In this document: positions 26,301 through 35,235 of the stretch, one piece after another
Numbering within the stretch: the stretch's first letter is position 1
How the letters are laid out: the number at the start of each line of letters is the position of its first letter
The notes under the pieces: generated by a model
What the model was told of the DNA's origin: nothing
What the model saw: the letters and a program-made list of their open reading frames with translations, nothing else
Database searches by the model: none
Position numbers and translations under genes: made by a program
From: Thermoflexales bacterium
GTDB lineage: Bacteria > Chloroflexota > Anaerolineae > B4-G1
DNA length: 35,235 nucleotides
NCBI GenBank assembly: GCA_007123205.1
Contig: SKLM01000115.1
Span: forward strand, 1-35,235
Direction: 5' to 3'

Positions 26301-27703
26301 GTACCGATGATGACGTGGGCGGACAGAGCCTGGAGGAGCGGCTGGTGGGGCGGATGGCAGCCAGTCCCATAGCCGATCCCGACACCGGAGAGCTGATCGT
26401 CGATCGGAATGAGGAGATTGACGAGGATGCGGCAGGGCTCATTGAGAAGGGCGAGATCGCGCAGGTGGACGTTCGGTCGCCGCTAACCTGTGAGCTGCGG
26501 CATGGGATCTGCGCTCTGTGCTATGGACGCGATCTGGGTCGCGGTGACTTGGTAGAGGTTGGGTCGGCAGTGGGTATCGTCGCTGCCCAGTCGATCGGTG
26601 AACCGGGCACGCAGCTGACGCTGAGGACGTTCCACAGTGGTGGCGTCGCAGTGGGCCGTGACATCACCGTTGGTCTGCCGCGCGCGGAGGAGCTCTTCGA
26701 GGGGCGTAAGACCCCGAAGGGCGAGGCGCCTATATCGGAGGTGGGCGGCATCGTTCACATTCACAAGACGGACGGGCTCCGGCACATCACCGTGGTGGAC
26801 ACCAGGGTTAAGACGTATGACTATGACATCGCAGACGGGTGGACCATTCTGATCGAGGATGGCGACGATGTCCGAGCCGGCGAAGCCCTAGCTTCGCTGG
26901 ATGATGAGGAAATCGAGGCCGAGGCAGATGGTCGCGTTGTGGTGAACGACCGACAGATCACGCTGATCCACGAAGATCGACGGGAAGTCCGACATAGGCT
27001 GCCGCAGACGGGGAGGATACTGGTTGAGGAGGGGCAGGAGATCGCACCGGGCACGCAGTTGGTTGAGGGTGTCAAGAACCCGCGCCATATCCTACAGGTA
27101 CTGGGACGCAAAGCAACAGAGGAGTATCTCCTGTTGGAAGTTCAGCAGGTCTACCGATCACAGGGAGTGAATATCAACGACAAGCACTTCGAGATCATCT
27201 TCCGCAAGATGCTGAGCAAGGTGAGGGTGACTCGCTCCGGCGATACGGACCTACTGCCGGGCTTGTTGATCCGGCGGCTGGACCTCGAGGACACCAATCG
27301 CGAGGTTATGGAGCAAGGTGGACAGCCTGCGACAGCGATTCCAGTGCTGCTGGGCATCACCCAGGCAGCTCTGAATACCGAGAGCTTCCTCTCGGCGGCC
27401 TCCTTCCAACACACGATCCGGGTGTTGACCGAGGCAGCCGCGGAAGGCCGGGAGGACCCGCTGCTGGGACTGAAGGAGAACGTGATCCTAGGTAAGCTGA
27501 TTCCGGCGGGGACGGGGTACAGGGGCAACAACCCCTCCTCCGACGGTCCCATCGAGACCTACGGAGGCATCGCCCTGGAGTTGGCCGCTGAAGAGGAGGA
27601 ACTCGAACCTCCGGAGAGAGAGCCCGAGGTGGAAGAACCGGAGACAGAGAAGAAGCCAGAGGTCAGGAAGTCGGAGATCTTGGGCATCGCCACGCCGGCA
27701 TAG
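23372..27703 (+). CDS. rpoC: DNA-directed RNA polymerase subunit beta'
   Basis: Zn finger CYC...[58 protein letters not shown]. Start GTG 23372 or ATG 23375. Confidence 0.98.
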   Translation: MMNNRNDSGLESHDFRSLRIKLASPEDIHNWSYGEVTKPETINYRRLRPEKDGLFCEAIFGPTKDYQCYCGKYKNIRYKGIICDKCGVEVTRASVRRERMGHIDLAAPAAHTWYTRRVPNHLSKLIGIRKLDMDRVLYFAKHIIINVNEDARQKALHRLEEEFKEAQEKREGVSQESIEALQERLKEEETRIQERIDEILSEFDKSLDAATGEVVQEAQSLQRKIENRHGETLSAPMVFKPTGEIIADQGEVVGRAHLTALNTTVQDHLSDVEESLEIQREEKLAPLREDLESWREATQDEIDHIEERAAAEIEEWRANLDADREELLSLAKYQCMGEPRLRELRSKWGQAFKAGMGAEAFHEILSGLDLDELAEDLWHQVRHDTSKTRRKVARRRLLIVEALRRSGNRPEWIILTVLPVIPPDLRPMVQLDGGRFATSDLNDLYRRVINRNNRLKRLLELGAPDVIVRNEKRMLQEAVDCLIDNSRGKARSRHGHRELKSLSDMLKGKKGRFRRNLLGKRVDYSGRSVIIVGPELSMDQCGLPKSMALELYRPFVISKLVEYNYATNVKAAKRLIERERPEVWEVLEEVIGDRPVLLNRAPTLHRLGIQAFEPTLIEGKAIQLHPLVCAAFNADFDGDQMAVHVPLSDRAVEEARMLMLSTRNLLKPANGQPLVGPTKDMCLGIYYLTMEDEKYADKSPKPFVDLQELELAYSLGHVDVHTPVLVAQVYDDKPAPDEPIRTTAGRCLFNSALPDEIRFINHALDKGALQDLVALSYRRLGRERTTGVADRLKDLGFQYATRSGITIGISDLVIPQEKVEILSRTEQTVAEVDRQYRRGLLTEEEQYTRTVELWSRAREKVADVVARAQPDNSTVSVMARSGASKGGYGPISQLAGMRGLMADPSGRIIPLPIRSSLREGLSALEYFISTHGSRKGLADTALRTADAGYLTRRLVDVAQDIIINAHDCGTQAGIGIRTDDDVGGQSLEERLVGRMAASPIADPDTGELIVDRNEEIDEDAAGLIEKGEIAQVDVRSPLTCELRHGICALCYGRDLGRGDLVEVGSAVGIVAAQSIGEPGTQLTLRTFHSGGVAVGRDITVGLPRAEELFEGRKTPKGEAPISEVGGIVHIHKTDGLRHITVVDTRVKTYDYDIADGWTILIEDGDDVRAGEALASLDDEEIEAEADGRVVVNDRQITLIHEDRREVRHRLPQTGRILVEEGQEIAPGTQLVEGVKNPRHILQVLGRKATEEYLLLEVQQVYRSQGVNINDKHFEIIFRKMLSKVRVTRSGDTDLLPGLLIRRLDLEDTNREVMEQGGQPATAIPVLLGITQAALNTESFLSAASFQHTIRVLTEAAAEGREDPLLGLKENVILGKLIPAGTGYRGNNPSSDGPIETYGGIALELAAEEEELEPPEREPEVEEPETEKKPEVRKSEILGIATPA

Positions 27704-27742
27704 CGATCCGTAGTTAGGGCCATGCGGCTGTGAGGAAGGGGG

Positions 27743-27776
27743 ATGCGGCAGCGTGATGACGCTGCCGCATTTGCTT
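27743..27776 (+). terminator. intrinsic terminator after rpoC
   Basis: Perfect 12-bp stem ATGCGGCAGCGT-GATG-ACGCTGCCGCAT followed by TTGCTT. Confidence 0.7.
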
Positions 27777-27783
27777 GTGTGAC

Positions 27784-27884
27784 AGCTCACCGGGGTGGTG
27801 GGGACCGGCGTTGCACGTTGCAGGTTGAGAGTTGAACGTTGAAAGGTTTGAAGGTTCGCCCCCCTGCTCCCGTGCCCCCGTGCG
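27784..27884. repeat. composite heptamer/octamer tandem-repeat element, copy 1
   Basis: Five GTTGNNN heptamers (27810-27844), TTGAAGGTTCG linker, then three CCC(C/G)TGC(T/C/G) octamers (27861-27884). Confidence 0.8.
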
Positions 27885-28017
27885 TCGGGGGGAGGGGGTT
27901 TGGCTCCGGCCGTATTCTTGCGAGAGAGCTGTAACTGTGGTCGCATTCCTCACGACAGCACAAAAAACGCGACCGACTCCTCTCGGTATGACCAAATCCA
28001 CACCTCGGCGGGAACGG

Positions 28018-28046
28018 TTGACAACCCCTGGCTCACGTGATACGAT
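28018..28046 (+). promoter_or_regulatory. promoter of the mtnA operon
   Basis: TTGACA (28018-28023), 17 bp, TGa-TACGAT (28041-28046). Confidence 0.7.
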
Positions 28047-28154
28047 AGCGCGCCGCGGAGTACAAGCCGCTGTGGGGAGACTCATAGGGAGGCCACCCCG
28101 GCGGGGCGTTGGGGCTGAGAGCGGTTTAACGGGCGGTCAGACGGAGGGGGTGAC

Positions 28155-29219
28155 ATGCGAACCGTGGAGTGGTACGACGGCAGAGTGAGGATGATCGACC
28201 AACGGCTCCTTCCGGCAGAGTTCCGGGTGTTGGAGTGTGAGAGCGCTGGCGAGGTGGCTGAGGCGATTCGAGATATGGCGATCCGGGGGGCACCCGCCAT
28301 TGGTGCCGCGGCTGCCTTCGGGATGGCGCTGGCCGCGCAGCGCAGCGGGGCGACGGACCGGGACGGGTTACTATCGGATCTGAACAGGGCGGCAGAGACG
28401 CTGAAGAGTGCCCGGCCCACGGCGGCCAACCTCTTCTGGGCCGTATCACGGATGATCCAGCGTGCGGAGTCAGGTGCTGATGCTGAGGGCGTCCGCGAAG
28501 GTATGCTGGAGGAGGCGCAGGCCCTGGCCGATGAGGACGTCCTGATCAACAAGCGACTGGGTCAGCATGGTGCGGCACTGGTCCAGGATGGAGACACGAT
28601 TCTTCACCACTGCAACACTGGAGCGCTGGCCACCGTAGACTACGGCACGGCACTGGGAGTCATCCGCACCGCTCACGAGCAAGGGAAGCAGATTCACGTT
28701 CTTGTGGACGAGACACGACCGCGACTTCAGGGAGCACGCCTGACCAGCTGGGAACTACAGCAGCTGGGTATTCCATTCACGCTGATTGCCGACAATGCGG
28801 CGGGGCACTTCCTGAGAACCGGGCAGGTGGACATCGCGTTAGTGGGAGCCGATCGGGTGGCTGCGAACGGCGACGTGGCCAACAAGATAGGCACTTACAA
28901 AGTGGCGCTGGCGGCCCACGATAACGGCGTGCCCTTCTACCCGTGCGTGCCCACGTCGACAGTAGATCTTGCGCTGCCCTGCGGGGACGATATCCCGATC
29001 GAGGAACGTCCCAGCGAGGAGATCACAGAGCTCACCTACCAGGGACAGCCCGTTGTGCCGCAGGGTGTCACGGTGGCGAACCCGGCTTTCGATGTCACGC
29101 CCCATCGCTACGTGAGCGGCATCGTGACCGAGAACGGCATCGCTTACCCGCCGCTTACGCTCAATCTGAGAAGGATGGTCGAAGGGTCTATGGAGATGCA
29201 GGATGACCATGACGACTGA
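28155..29219 (+). CDS. mtnA: S-methyl-5-thioribose-1-phosphate isomerase
   Basis: [57 protein letters not shown]. Confidence 0.95.
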   Translation: MRTVEWYDGRVRMIDQRLLPAEFRVLECESAGEVAEAIRDMAIRGAPAIGAAAAFGMALAAQRSGATDRDGLLSDLNRAAETLKSARPTAANLFWAVSRMIQRAESGADAEGVREGMLEEAQALADEDVLINKRLGQHGAALVQDGDTILHHCNTGALATVDYGTALGVIRTAHEQGKQIHVLVDETRPRLQGARLTSWELQQLGIPFTLIADNAAGHFLRTGQVDIALVGADRVAANGDVANKIGTYKVALAAHDNGVPFYPCVPTSTVDLALPCGDDIPIEERPSEEITELTYQGQPVVPQGVTVANPAFDVTPHRYVSGIVTENGIAYPPLTLNLRRMVEGSMEMQDDHDD

Positions 29220-29991
29220 GCGGATGCCCGTTGTGATTCTGTGCGGCGGGATGGGGATTCGTATGGGGGACGAACAGCCGAAGGTGCTGGTCCGCGTTGG
29301 CAAGTACCCGATCCTGTGGCACGTGATGAAGCTGTTTTCTGCGCAAGGATTTACGGAGTTCGTGCTCGCGCTGGGTTACCGGGGAAAGGACATCAAGCGG
29401 TATTTCCTGGACTACGATACGACGAATCGGGACTTCACGCTGGAGCTAGATGGGGAGCGGAGCATCACGTACCACGGCCCCAGTTCAGAGAGAGCATGGC
29501 GCATCACGTTTGCCGATACCGGGCTACCTACCAAGACCGGGGCACGAATCCGCAAAGTTGCGCATTATCTGCGGGGAGAGACCTTCTTCGCCACCTACGG
29601 AGACGGCGTTGCTGACATCGATCTGCACGCGTTGCTCGCTTTCCACCGGAAGATGGGACGAGTGGCCACCGTCACCGGCGTCAGATCCTTCTCCCGATTT
29701 GGCGTCCTGGAAACTGACGGGCAGGGTATGGCATCGCGTTTTGAGGAGAAACCTCTAGTAGACGCGACGATCAACGGAGGTTTCTTTGTCTTTGAACGGG
29801 AGATCTTCGACTACCTTGGCGATGGGGACGACGTAGTCCTTGAGAGGGAACCGCTGCGGCGGTTAGTGGCTGATGGTCAGCTTGCCGTCTACGAACACAC
29901 GGGATTCTGGCGGGCGATGGATACGTTCAAAGATGCGCGGGAGATGAACGCCGTCTGGCGCAAGAGTGCGCCGTGGAAGATCTGGGATTGA
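29209..29991 (+). CDS. rfbF: glucose-1-phosphate cytidylyltransferase-like
   Basis: [59 protein letters not shown]. Overlaps the mtnA stop; ATG 29203 is an alternative start. Confidence 0.85.
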   Translation: MTTERMPVVILCGGMGIRMGDEQPKVLVRVGKYPILWHVMKLFSAQGFTEFVLALGYRGKDIKRYFLDYDTTNRDFTLELDGERSITYHGPSSERAWRITFADTGLPTKTGARIRKVAHYLRGETFFATYGDGVADIDLHALLAFHRKMGRVATVTGVRSFSRFGVLETDGQGMASRFEEKPLVDATINGGFFVFEREIFDYLGDGDDVVLEREPLRRLVADGQLAVYEHTGFWRAMDTFKDAREMNAVWRKSAPWKIWD

Positions 29992-29999
29992 GAGCCGTT

Positions 30000-30986
30000 A
30001 TGCCGCCAAGATTCGACTTCTCCTGGCTTGATCGTCCGGTCTTCGTTACCGGTTGTACCGGTGTCCTGGGCTCCTGGTTGACCATGGCGCTGGTCAACAG
30101 GGGGGCTGCGGTGACCGGTCTGGTAAGGGACGAGGTGCCCTTCTCCCTACTGGTCGGTTCGGGCTACCGGGATCGGATACGCGTCGTGCATGGGAGTGTC
30201 ACGGAGTACGAGCTGCTCGAGCGTGCGCTGAACGAGTACGAGATCGACACGGTCTTCCACCTGGCGGCCCAGACCGTTGTGCCCATCGCGAACCGAGCGC
30301 CCCTTTCGACCTTCGAGACGAACATCGGGGGGACCTGGTGCTTGTTGGAGGCCGCGCGGCGGTCTCCGAAGACGAAGCGGATCGTCGTCGCATCATCGGA
30401 CAAAGCGTACGGCATCCATACTGAGTTACCCTATACTGAAGATGCTCCTCTGAGAGGTTGTCACCCGTACGACGTGTCGAAAGCGTGCGCCGATCGTATC
30501 GCGCTCAGCTACGCAGCCACCTACAATCTGCCGGTGGCCGTCACGCGGTGCGCCAATCTGTACGGGGCGGGGGATCTCAACTGGAGCCGTCTGATCCCGG
30601 GGACAATCCGCAGCGTGATCCGGCGCGAGCATCCGATCATCCGCTCGGACGGCACGCTGATACGGGACTATCTTTACATTGAGGATGCGGTCGACGCCTA
30701 CCTCCGGCTGGCTGAACGTCTCGAATCGCAGGACGTGCGAGGTCAGGCGTTCAACGTCGGCATGGATGATCCGAAGAGTGTGATGGAAGTGGTACAGGCG
30801 ATCATTGAAGCTGCGGATCAGCCCACGCTGAAGCCTCGGGTGCTGGCAGAGGCACTTAATGAGATTCCGGCGCAGTATCTCAAGAGCGAGAAGGCCAAGC
30901 GGGTGTTGGGTTGGGCCCCTCAGTACTCGCTCAGAGAGGGACTGCGGGAGACGATGACGTGGTACCGTGCGTTCCTTGACCAGTAG
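30000..30986 (+). CDS. extended SDR, CDP-glucose 4,6-dehydratase-like
   Basis: VFVTGCTGVLGSWL, FHLAAQ, SSDKAY, PYDVSK, GDLNWSRLIP. Confidence 0.75.
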   Translation: MPPRFDFSWLDRPVFVTGCTGVLGSWLTMALVNRGAAVTGLVRDEVPFSLLVGSGYRDRIRVVHGSVTEYELLERALNEYEIDTVFHLAAQTVVPIANRAPLSTFETNIGGTWCLLEAARRSPKTKRIVVASSDKAYGIHTELPYTEDAPLRGCHPYDVSKACADRIALSYAATYNLPVAVTRCANLYGAGDLNWSRLIPGTIRSVIRREHPIIRSDGTLIRDYLYIEDAVDAYLRLAERLESQDVRGQAFNVGMDDPKSVMEVVQAIIEAADQPTLKPRVLAEALNEIPAQYLKSEKAKRVLGWAPQYSLREGLRETMTWYRAFLDQ

Positions 30987-30994
30987 TCCCGACG

Positions 30995-31915
30995 GTGGCT
31001 GAACTCAGGGACTGGCAGGCGAAGCGCGTTCTGGTCACCGGGGCTTCGGGGTTCATCGGCAAGCACCTGTTGAGGCGGCTGCGAGACCTGGGAGCGGAGA
31101 TCTACGCCGGTACCGGGCCGGGGAGCCCGGTGTCGCACCCCTCATCCTCCGACCGCCGTTGGCTCACGTTTGACGTCTGCGACGGCGACGCCGTCCGAGC
31201 CACAGTCGAAGCAGTCGATCCGCACGTCGTGTTCCATCTCGCTGCCGCAGGTGTGATCAACTCGACCGCCGATCCGATGGAGTTGTTGATGGTAAATGGT
31301 GGTGGGGTGGTCCATCTGCTTGAGGCGATGCAAGGAAGGGACGTGAGACGGATCGTGTTAGTCGGTACGAGTCACGAGTACGGGTCTCGAAAGACAGGAG
31401 AGGGACTGGACCCTTTCAGCGCATACGCCGCTTCGAAAGTGGCTGCGTGGGCCTACGGCCGGATGTACTGGCGAGAGCACGGGCTGCCCATCATCACGGT
31501 TCGCCCTTTCCAGGTCTATGGGGCGGGACAGCCGAGGATGGCCTTGATCCCGGCCGCTATCAGGGCAGCGCTCAGCGGGGAGGACTTCGCCATGACCCCC
31601 GGTGAGCAAGAGCGGGATTTCGTCCAGGTTGGGGACGTCGCGGCCGGTCTGACGGCGGCCGCCGAAGCGCCGCAGGCTGAGGGCACAAGCCTCGATCTAG
31701 GGACTGGGGCCGGGCACACGGTCCGCCACGTGGTGGATTGGATCTGGCGGTGGACGGCGGCAAAGGGAAAGGTGCAGTACGGAGCCCTGCCGTATCGGGC
31801 CGGCGAACCTATGAGGCTGGTTGCGGACGCTGAGCGAACGGCGGCGCTCATAGGGTGGCGGGCAGAGACATCCCTGGCGGCCGGGTTGGCGGATACGATA
31901 CAGAGGCTGAGCTGA
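30995..31915 (+). CDS. NAD-dependent epimerase/reductase (extended SDR), possibly a CDP-4-keto-dideoxysugar reductase
   Basis: TGASGFIG, FHLAA, GTSHEYG, YAASK, RDFV. Confidence 0.75.
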   Translation: MAELRDWQAKRVLVTGASGFIGKHLLRRLRDLGAEIYAGTGPGSPVSHPSSSDRRWLTFDVCDGDAVRATVEAVDPHVVFHLAAAGVINSTADPMELLMVNGGGVVHLLEAMQGRDVRRIVLVGTSHEYGSRKTGEGLDPFSAYAASKVAAWAYGRMYWREHGLPIITVRPFQVYGAGQPRMALIPAAIRAALSGEDFAMTPGEQERDFVQVGDVAAGLTAAAEAPQAEGTSLDLGTGAGHTVRHVVDWIWRWTAAKGKVQYGALPYRAGEPMRLVADAERTAALIGWRAETSLAAGLADTIQRLS

Positions 31916-31928
31916 CGAGGTTGATTCG

Positions 31929-33257
31929 ATGAGACCAGAGCAAGAGAGAGGCCAAGCTCTGCGGCTACGGATTCTTGAACAAGTCGCGGAATACTACCGG
32001 CTGGCCCATGCGGAACGGGAGTTCCTGCCCGGCGAATCACGCGTTCACTACGCGGCCCGCGTCTACGACGAAGAGGAGCTGGTGAGAGGCGTGGATGCGA
32101 TACTGGACTTCTGGCTCACGGTAGGCCCACGTACCGACGCATTTGAGAAGGGATTGGCCAGCTACCTGGGGCTAGAACAGACGCTGGCGGTCAACTCCGG
32201 GTCATCAGCCAACCTGCTGAGCCTGTCGGCGCTGCGTTCACCGCGTCTGGAACGGCGACTGGAGCCGGGTGATGAGGTGATCACTGCGGCGATGGGCTTC
32301 CCCACCACCACTGGGCCCATCGTGCAGAACGGATTGGTACCGGTCTTCATCGACTGCGAGTTGGGGACCTACAATCTCGATGCAGAGCAGCTTGACTTAG
32401 CGCTTTCTGATCGGACGCGAGCCATCTTCCTGGCCCACATGCTGGGCAATCCGGTGGATATTGAGGCTGTGATGGCCTTTGCTGGCGAACACGACCTGTA
32501 CGTGATAGAGGACACCTGCGAGGCGCTGGGGTCGAGGTACGACGGGCAGCTGCTGGGCAGCTTCGGAGACATGGCCACGCTCAGTTTCTACCCATCGCAT
32601 CACCTGACGACGGGAGAAGGAGGAGCGGTAGCCACCAACGACCCCTGCCTGGGCCGAATCGTGGCGAGTCTGCGGGACTGGGGACGCGACTGCCGGTGCA
32701 CCCACGAGAGCCCGGCCGCGGGCGAGTGCGGACGTCGGTTCGACTGGGAGATCCCAGGCCTTGACGAGCCCTATGATCACCGCTACCTGTACGTGGAGAT
32801 CGGTTACAACATGAAGATGACCGACGTCCAGGCCGCGATTGGGTTGGCCCAGCTCCAGAAGCTGCCGGATTTTGTCGAGGCCCGCAAGCAGAATTTCCGC
32901 AAGCTCTATGAGGGCCTGAAACCGTATGAGGAGTTTCTGATCCTGCCGAAGTGGAGTGAGCGGGCTGATCCCGCCTGGTTTGCCCTTCCGCTCACCGTCG
33001 TCGCGCGGGCTCCATTCTCGCGTCGTGATCTGGTTACCTTTCTGGAGAGCCAGAACATAGAGACACGGCTGCTTCTAGCGGGAAATCTGGTTCGGCAGCC
33101 CGGATACCGGGAGATCGAGCATCGCGCGGTGGGCGAATTGCCGAACGCCGACCAAGTGCTGCGCGCTTCCTTCTTCGTCGGTGTCTATCCGGGTCTGGAC
33201 GACGCTCGGTTGGGCTACATGCTCCAGGCCTTTGAGGACTTCTTCGGGTCGCTATGA
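31929..33257 (+). CDS. rfbH: CDP-4-keto-6-deoxyglucose 3-dehydrase (RfbH/DdhC, E1)
   Basis: NSGSSANL, AHMLGNP, EDTCEALG, SFYPSHHLTTGEGG (His where aminotransferases have Lys), WGRDCRC...C, YDHRY. Confidence 0.9.
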   Translation: MRPEQERGQALRLRILEQVAEYYRLAHAEREFLPGESRVHYAARVYDEEELVRGVDAILDFWLTVGPRTDAFEKGLASYLGLEQTLAVNSGSSANLLSLSALRSPRLERRLEPGDEVITAAMGFPTTTGPIVQNGLVPVFIDCELGTYNLDAEQLDLALSDRTRAIFLAHMLGNPVDIEAVMAFAGEHDLYVIEDTCEALGSRYDGQLLGSFGDMATLSFYPSHHLTTGEGGAVATNDPCLGRIVASLRDWGRDCRCTHESPAAGECGRRFDWEIPGLDEPYDHRYLYVEIGYNMKMTDVQAAIGLAQLQKLPDFVEARKQNFRKLYEGLKPYEEFLILPKWSERADPAWFALPLTVVARAPFSRRDLVTFLESQNIETRLLLAGNLVRQPGYREIEHRAVGELPNADQVLRASFFVGVYPGLDDARLGYMLQAFEDFFGSL

Positions 33258-33973
33258 AGCTATCGATCATCGTCTGCACATTCAACGAGCGAGACACGGT
33301 TCTGACCGTTCTTGATCGTGTTCGAGGAGTCGATCTGGGACCGGGTTGGGAGAAGGAGATCATCGTGGTGGACAACTTCTCCACGGATGGAACCCGGGAG
33401 CTGCTCGAGGATCTAAATCCATCGGGAGCCGACGTGATCTTCCACCCACGAAATCTGGGAAAGGGCACCTCGGTGCGGACGGCGATCCAGCATTGCGCGG
33501 GGGACTACGCCATCATTCAAGATGCCGACTTGGAGTATGATCCCGCGGACTACCGGCTGTATCTGGAGCAAGTGGAAGAGTCCCGGCCTGCCGCGATATA
33601 CGGTTCGCGTATGTTGGCTGGTCGAGCCCGCTACCAATACGTTGCGAACTACCTCGGGGTGCGGTTCCTCACGTGGCTGACGAACGTCCTCTATGGTGCT
33701 CACCTCACCGATGTGGCAACGGGGGCCAAGATGGTACGGATGGACCTCCTGAGGTCGCTCAAGCTGACTGGGTCGGGGTTTGATCTCGATTTCGAGTTGA
33801 CGAACAAGATTCTCCGTGCCGGGTACCAGATCGTCGAGATTCCAGCGTCGTATCGGCCGCGGACTGTCGCAGAAGGGAAGAAGATCCGTCCGTGGGACGG
33901 CCTGTGGGCGCTGAGGGTGATCATACGGGACCGGCTGGTCCCAATGGATCAGGTCGTACGGAGGGACGCGTGA
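33254..33973 (+). CDS. GT2 glycosyltransferase, polyprenol-phosphate/DPM1-like
   Basis: FNE, VVDNFSTDGT, NLGKG, IQDADLEYDP, GSR, TD, EIPASYRPR..EGKKI; ATGA overlap with rfbH. Confidence 0.85.
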   Translation: MKLSIIVCTFNERDTVLTVLDRVRGVDLGPGWEKEIIVVDNFSTDGTRELLEDLNPSGADVIFHPRNLGKGTSVRTAIQHCAGDYAIIQDADLEYDPADYRLYLEQVEESRPAAIYGSRMLAGRARYQYVANYLGVRFLTWLTNVLYGAHLTDVATGAKMVRMDLLRSLKLTGSGFDLDFELTNKILRAGYQIVEIPASYRPRTVAEGKKIRPWDGLWALRVIIRDRLVPMDQVVRRDA

Positions 33974-35001
33974 ACATCGTCGTCACCGGGTCCATCGCCT
34001 ACGACTATCTGATGACCTTTCCCGGTCGGTTTGCGGAGCATCTGCTGCCCGATAAGCTTGAGAAACTCTCGGTCAGTTTCCTGGTGGATGAGATGCGGAA
34101 GCAGCGCGGCGGCTGTGGGGCCAACATCGCGTACAATCTGGCGCTGCTCGGGGAGCGTCCCCGCTTGATGGGTACCGTGGGACAGGATTTTGATGCATAC
34201 CGTGGGTGGCTCGAATGGTGCGGAGTCGACACCTCCCTGGTGAAGACAGAGCCGGACCTATTCACGGCCTCCTTTTTCGTCAGCACCGATCAGGTAGGCA
34301 ATCAGATCGCCAACTTCTACACCGGTGCGATGGCTCGCGCTCGGAATCTCTCCTTGCTCAATCTGGACCCCGAGCAGATCGATCTCGTTGTCATCTCCCC
34401 CAACGATCCGCAGGCGATGGTCAAGTACGCTGCCGAGTGTCAAGCTCATGGGATCCCATACCTGTACGACCCGAGCCAGCAGATCGTGCGACTCACCGGG
34501 GAGGAACTGACCGCCGGTGTGGAGGGAGCTACGCTCCTGGTGGTCAACGAATACGAGTTCGAGATGCTACGGGAGAAGACCGGCCTCTCACGAGCAGAGG
34601 TCGAGTCAGCGCCTCAGGAAGCGTGCGTGGTCACCATGGGGGAAACCGGGTCGCGCATCTCGACCCGGTGGGGTACGTACCGTATTCCGGCCTCGAAACC
34701 GCGCTGCATCGATGATCCTACGGGGGTGGGCGACGCTTATCGGGCCGGCCTGATCAAGGGGCTGGCGCTTGAGCTACCCTGGCCTGTGGCGGGAAGGCTG
34801 GGCAGTGTGGCGGCTGCCTATGCACTGGAGCAGGCAGGGCCACAGAGCCACTCCTATAGCATGGCGGAGTTCGTGGCTCGATTGGACGCCTGTCTCAGAG
34901 CTGATGGGATGGCCTCCGAAGCGGTCCTGGCTGCACTCCGGTACGCCAAACACGCCGCCCCCTCAAGGCCCCGAGACGATCGCGATCACGAGGCTCCGTA
35001 G
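33970..35001 (+). CDS. PfkB carbohydrate kinase, adenosine-kinase (AdoK)-like
   Basis: TGSIAYDYLM, GGCGANIAY, FYTGAM, DPSQQ, VNEYE, DPTGVGDAYRAG; GTGA overlap with the GT2 gene. Confidence 0.85.
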   Translation: MNIVVTGSIAYDYLMTFPGRFAEHLLPDKLEKLSVSFLVDEMRKQRGGCGANIAYNLALLGERPRLMGTVGQDFDAYRGWLEWCGVDTSLVKTEPDLFTASFFVSTDQVGNQIANFYTGAMARARNLSLLNLDPEQIDLVVISPNDPQAMVKYAAECQAHGIPYLYDPSQQIVRLTGEELTAGVEGATLLVVNEYEFEMLREKTGLSRAEVESAPQEACVVTMGETGSRISTRWGTYRIPASKPRCIDDPTGVGDAYRAGLIKGLALELPWPVAGRLGSVAAAYALEQAGPQSHSYSMAEFVARLDACLRADGMASEAVLAALRYAKHAAPSRPRDDRDHEAP

Positions 35002-35056
35002 GGCCCCGATAAGTGTATCGTAGCTGTCTACCGCGGTCACTTTCGATCTGAGATGA

Positions 35057-35176
35057 AGCTCCCGGGGTAGCCAGCCTGGAGCTGGCGTTGCACGTTGCAG
35101 GTTGCAGGTTGCACGTTGCAGGTTGAAAGGCTTGAAGCTTCGACCCTCCGCTCCCCTGCTCCCCTGCCCCCGGGCA
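35057..35176. repeat. composite heptamer/octamer tandem-repeat element, copy 2
   Basis: Six GTTG(CAC/CAG/AAA) heptamers (35087-35128), TTGAAGCTTCG, then CCCCTGCT-type octamers; same layout as 27784-27884. Confidence 0.8.
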
Positions 35177-35235
35177 GGGATCACGGGACGAGATCCGACA
35201 GACGTTAGAGCCTGGCAGCAGTTGTGGGCCACGGC

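Overview
GC-rich bacterial chromosomal segment with about 30 protein genes and no rRNA, tRNA, CRISPR array or transposase that I can see. Gene content and the RpoC insertion pattern suggest Chloroflexota, probably Anaerolineae (inference). Order: rseP, HEAT-repeat protein, MA-clan metallopeptidase, RNase H-like exonuclease, PflX-type radical SAM, acylphosphatase, FecR/CBM-like membrane protein (+); radC and a DsbA-cyclophilin lipoprotein (-); pcm; MFS; THEP1-type NTPase; Ycf45/SpoIIIAA-R3H ATPase, tmk; FmdB zinc ribbon; gmk, DUF951, GT28; purA divergent from an orphan PEP/pyruvate-binding-domain protein; a stand-alone rpoC with its own consensus promoter, structured leader and terminator and no rpoB; then an operon where CDP-3,6-dideoxyhexose-type genes and a GT2 sit between mtnA and an adenosine-kinase-like PfkB gene. 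Best leads: the mtnA/CDP-sugar/GT2/AdoK operon, the orphan rpoC with a ~180-aa coiled-coil insertion, a ~78-aa insert inside RseP, a promoter-driven ~190-nt 6S-like hairpin upstream of rseP, and two dispersed repeat families. All protein calls come from motif recognition and all RNA structures from hand pairing; no searches or folding programs were run.
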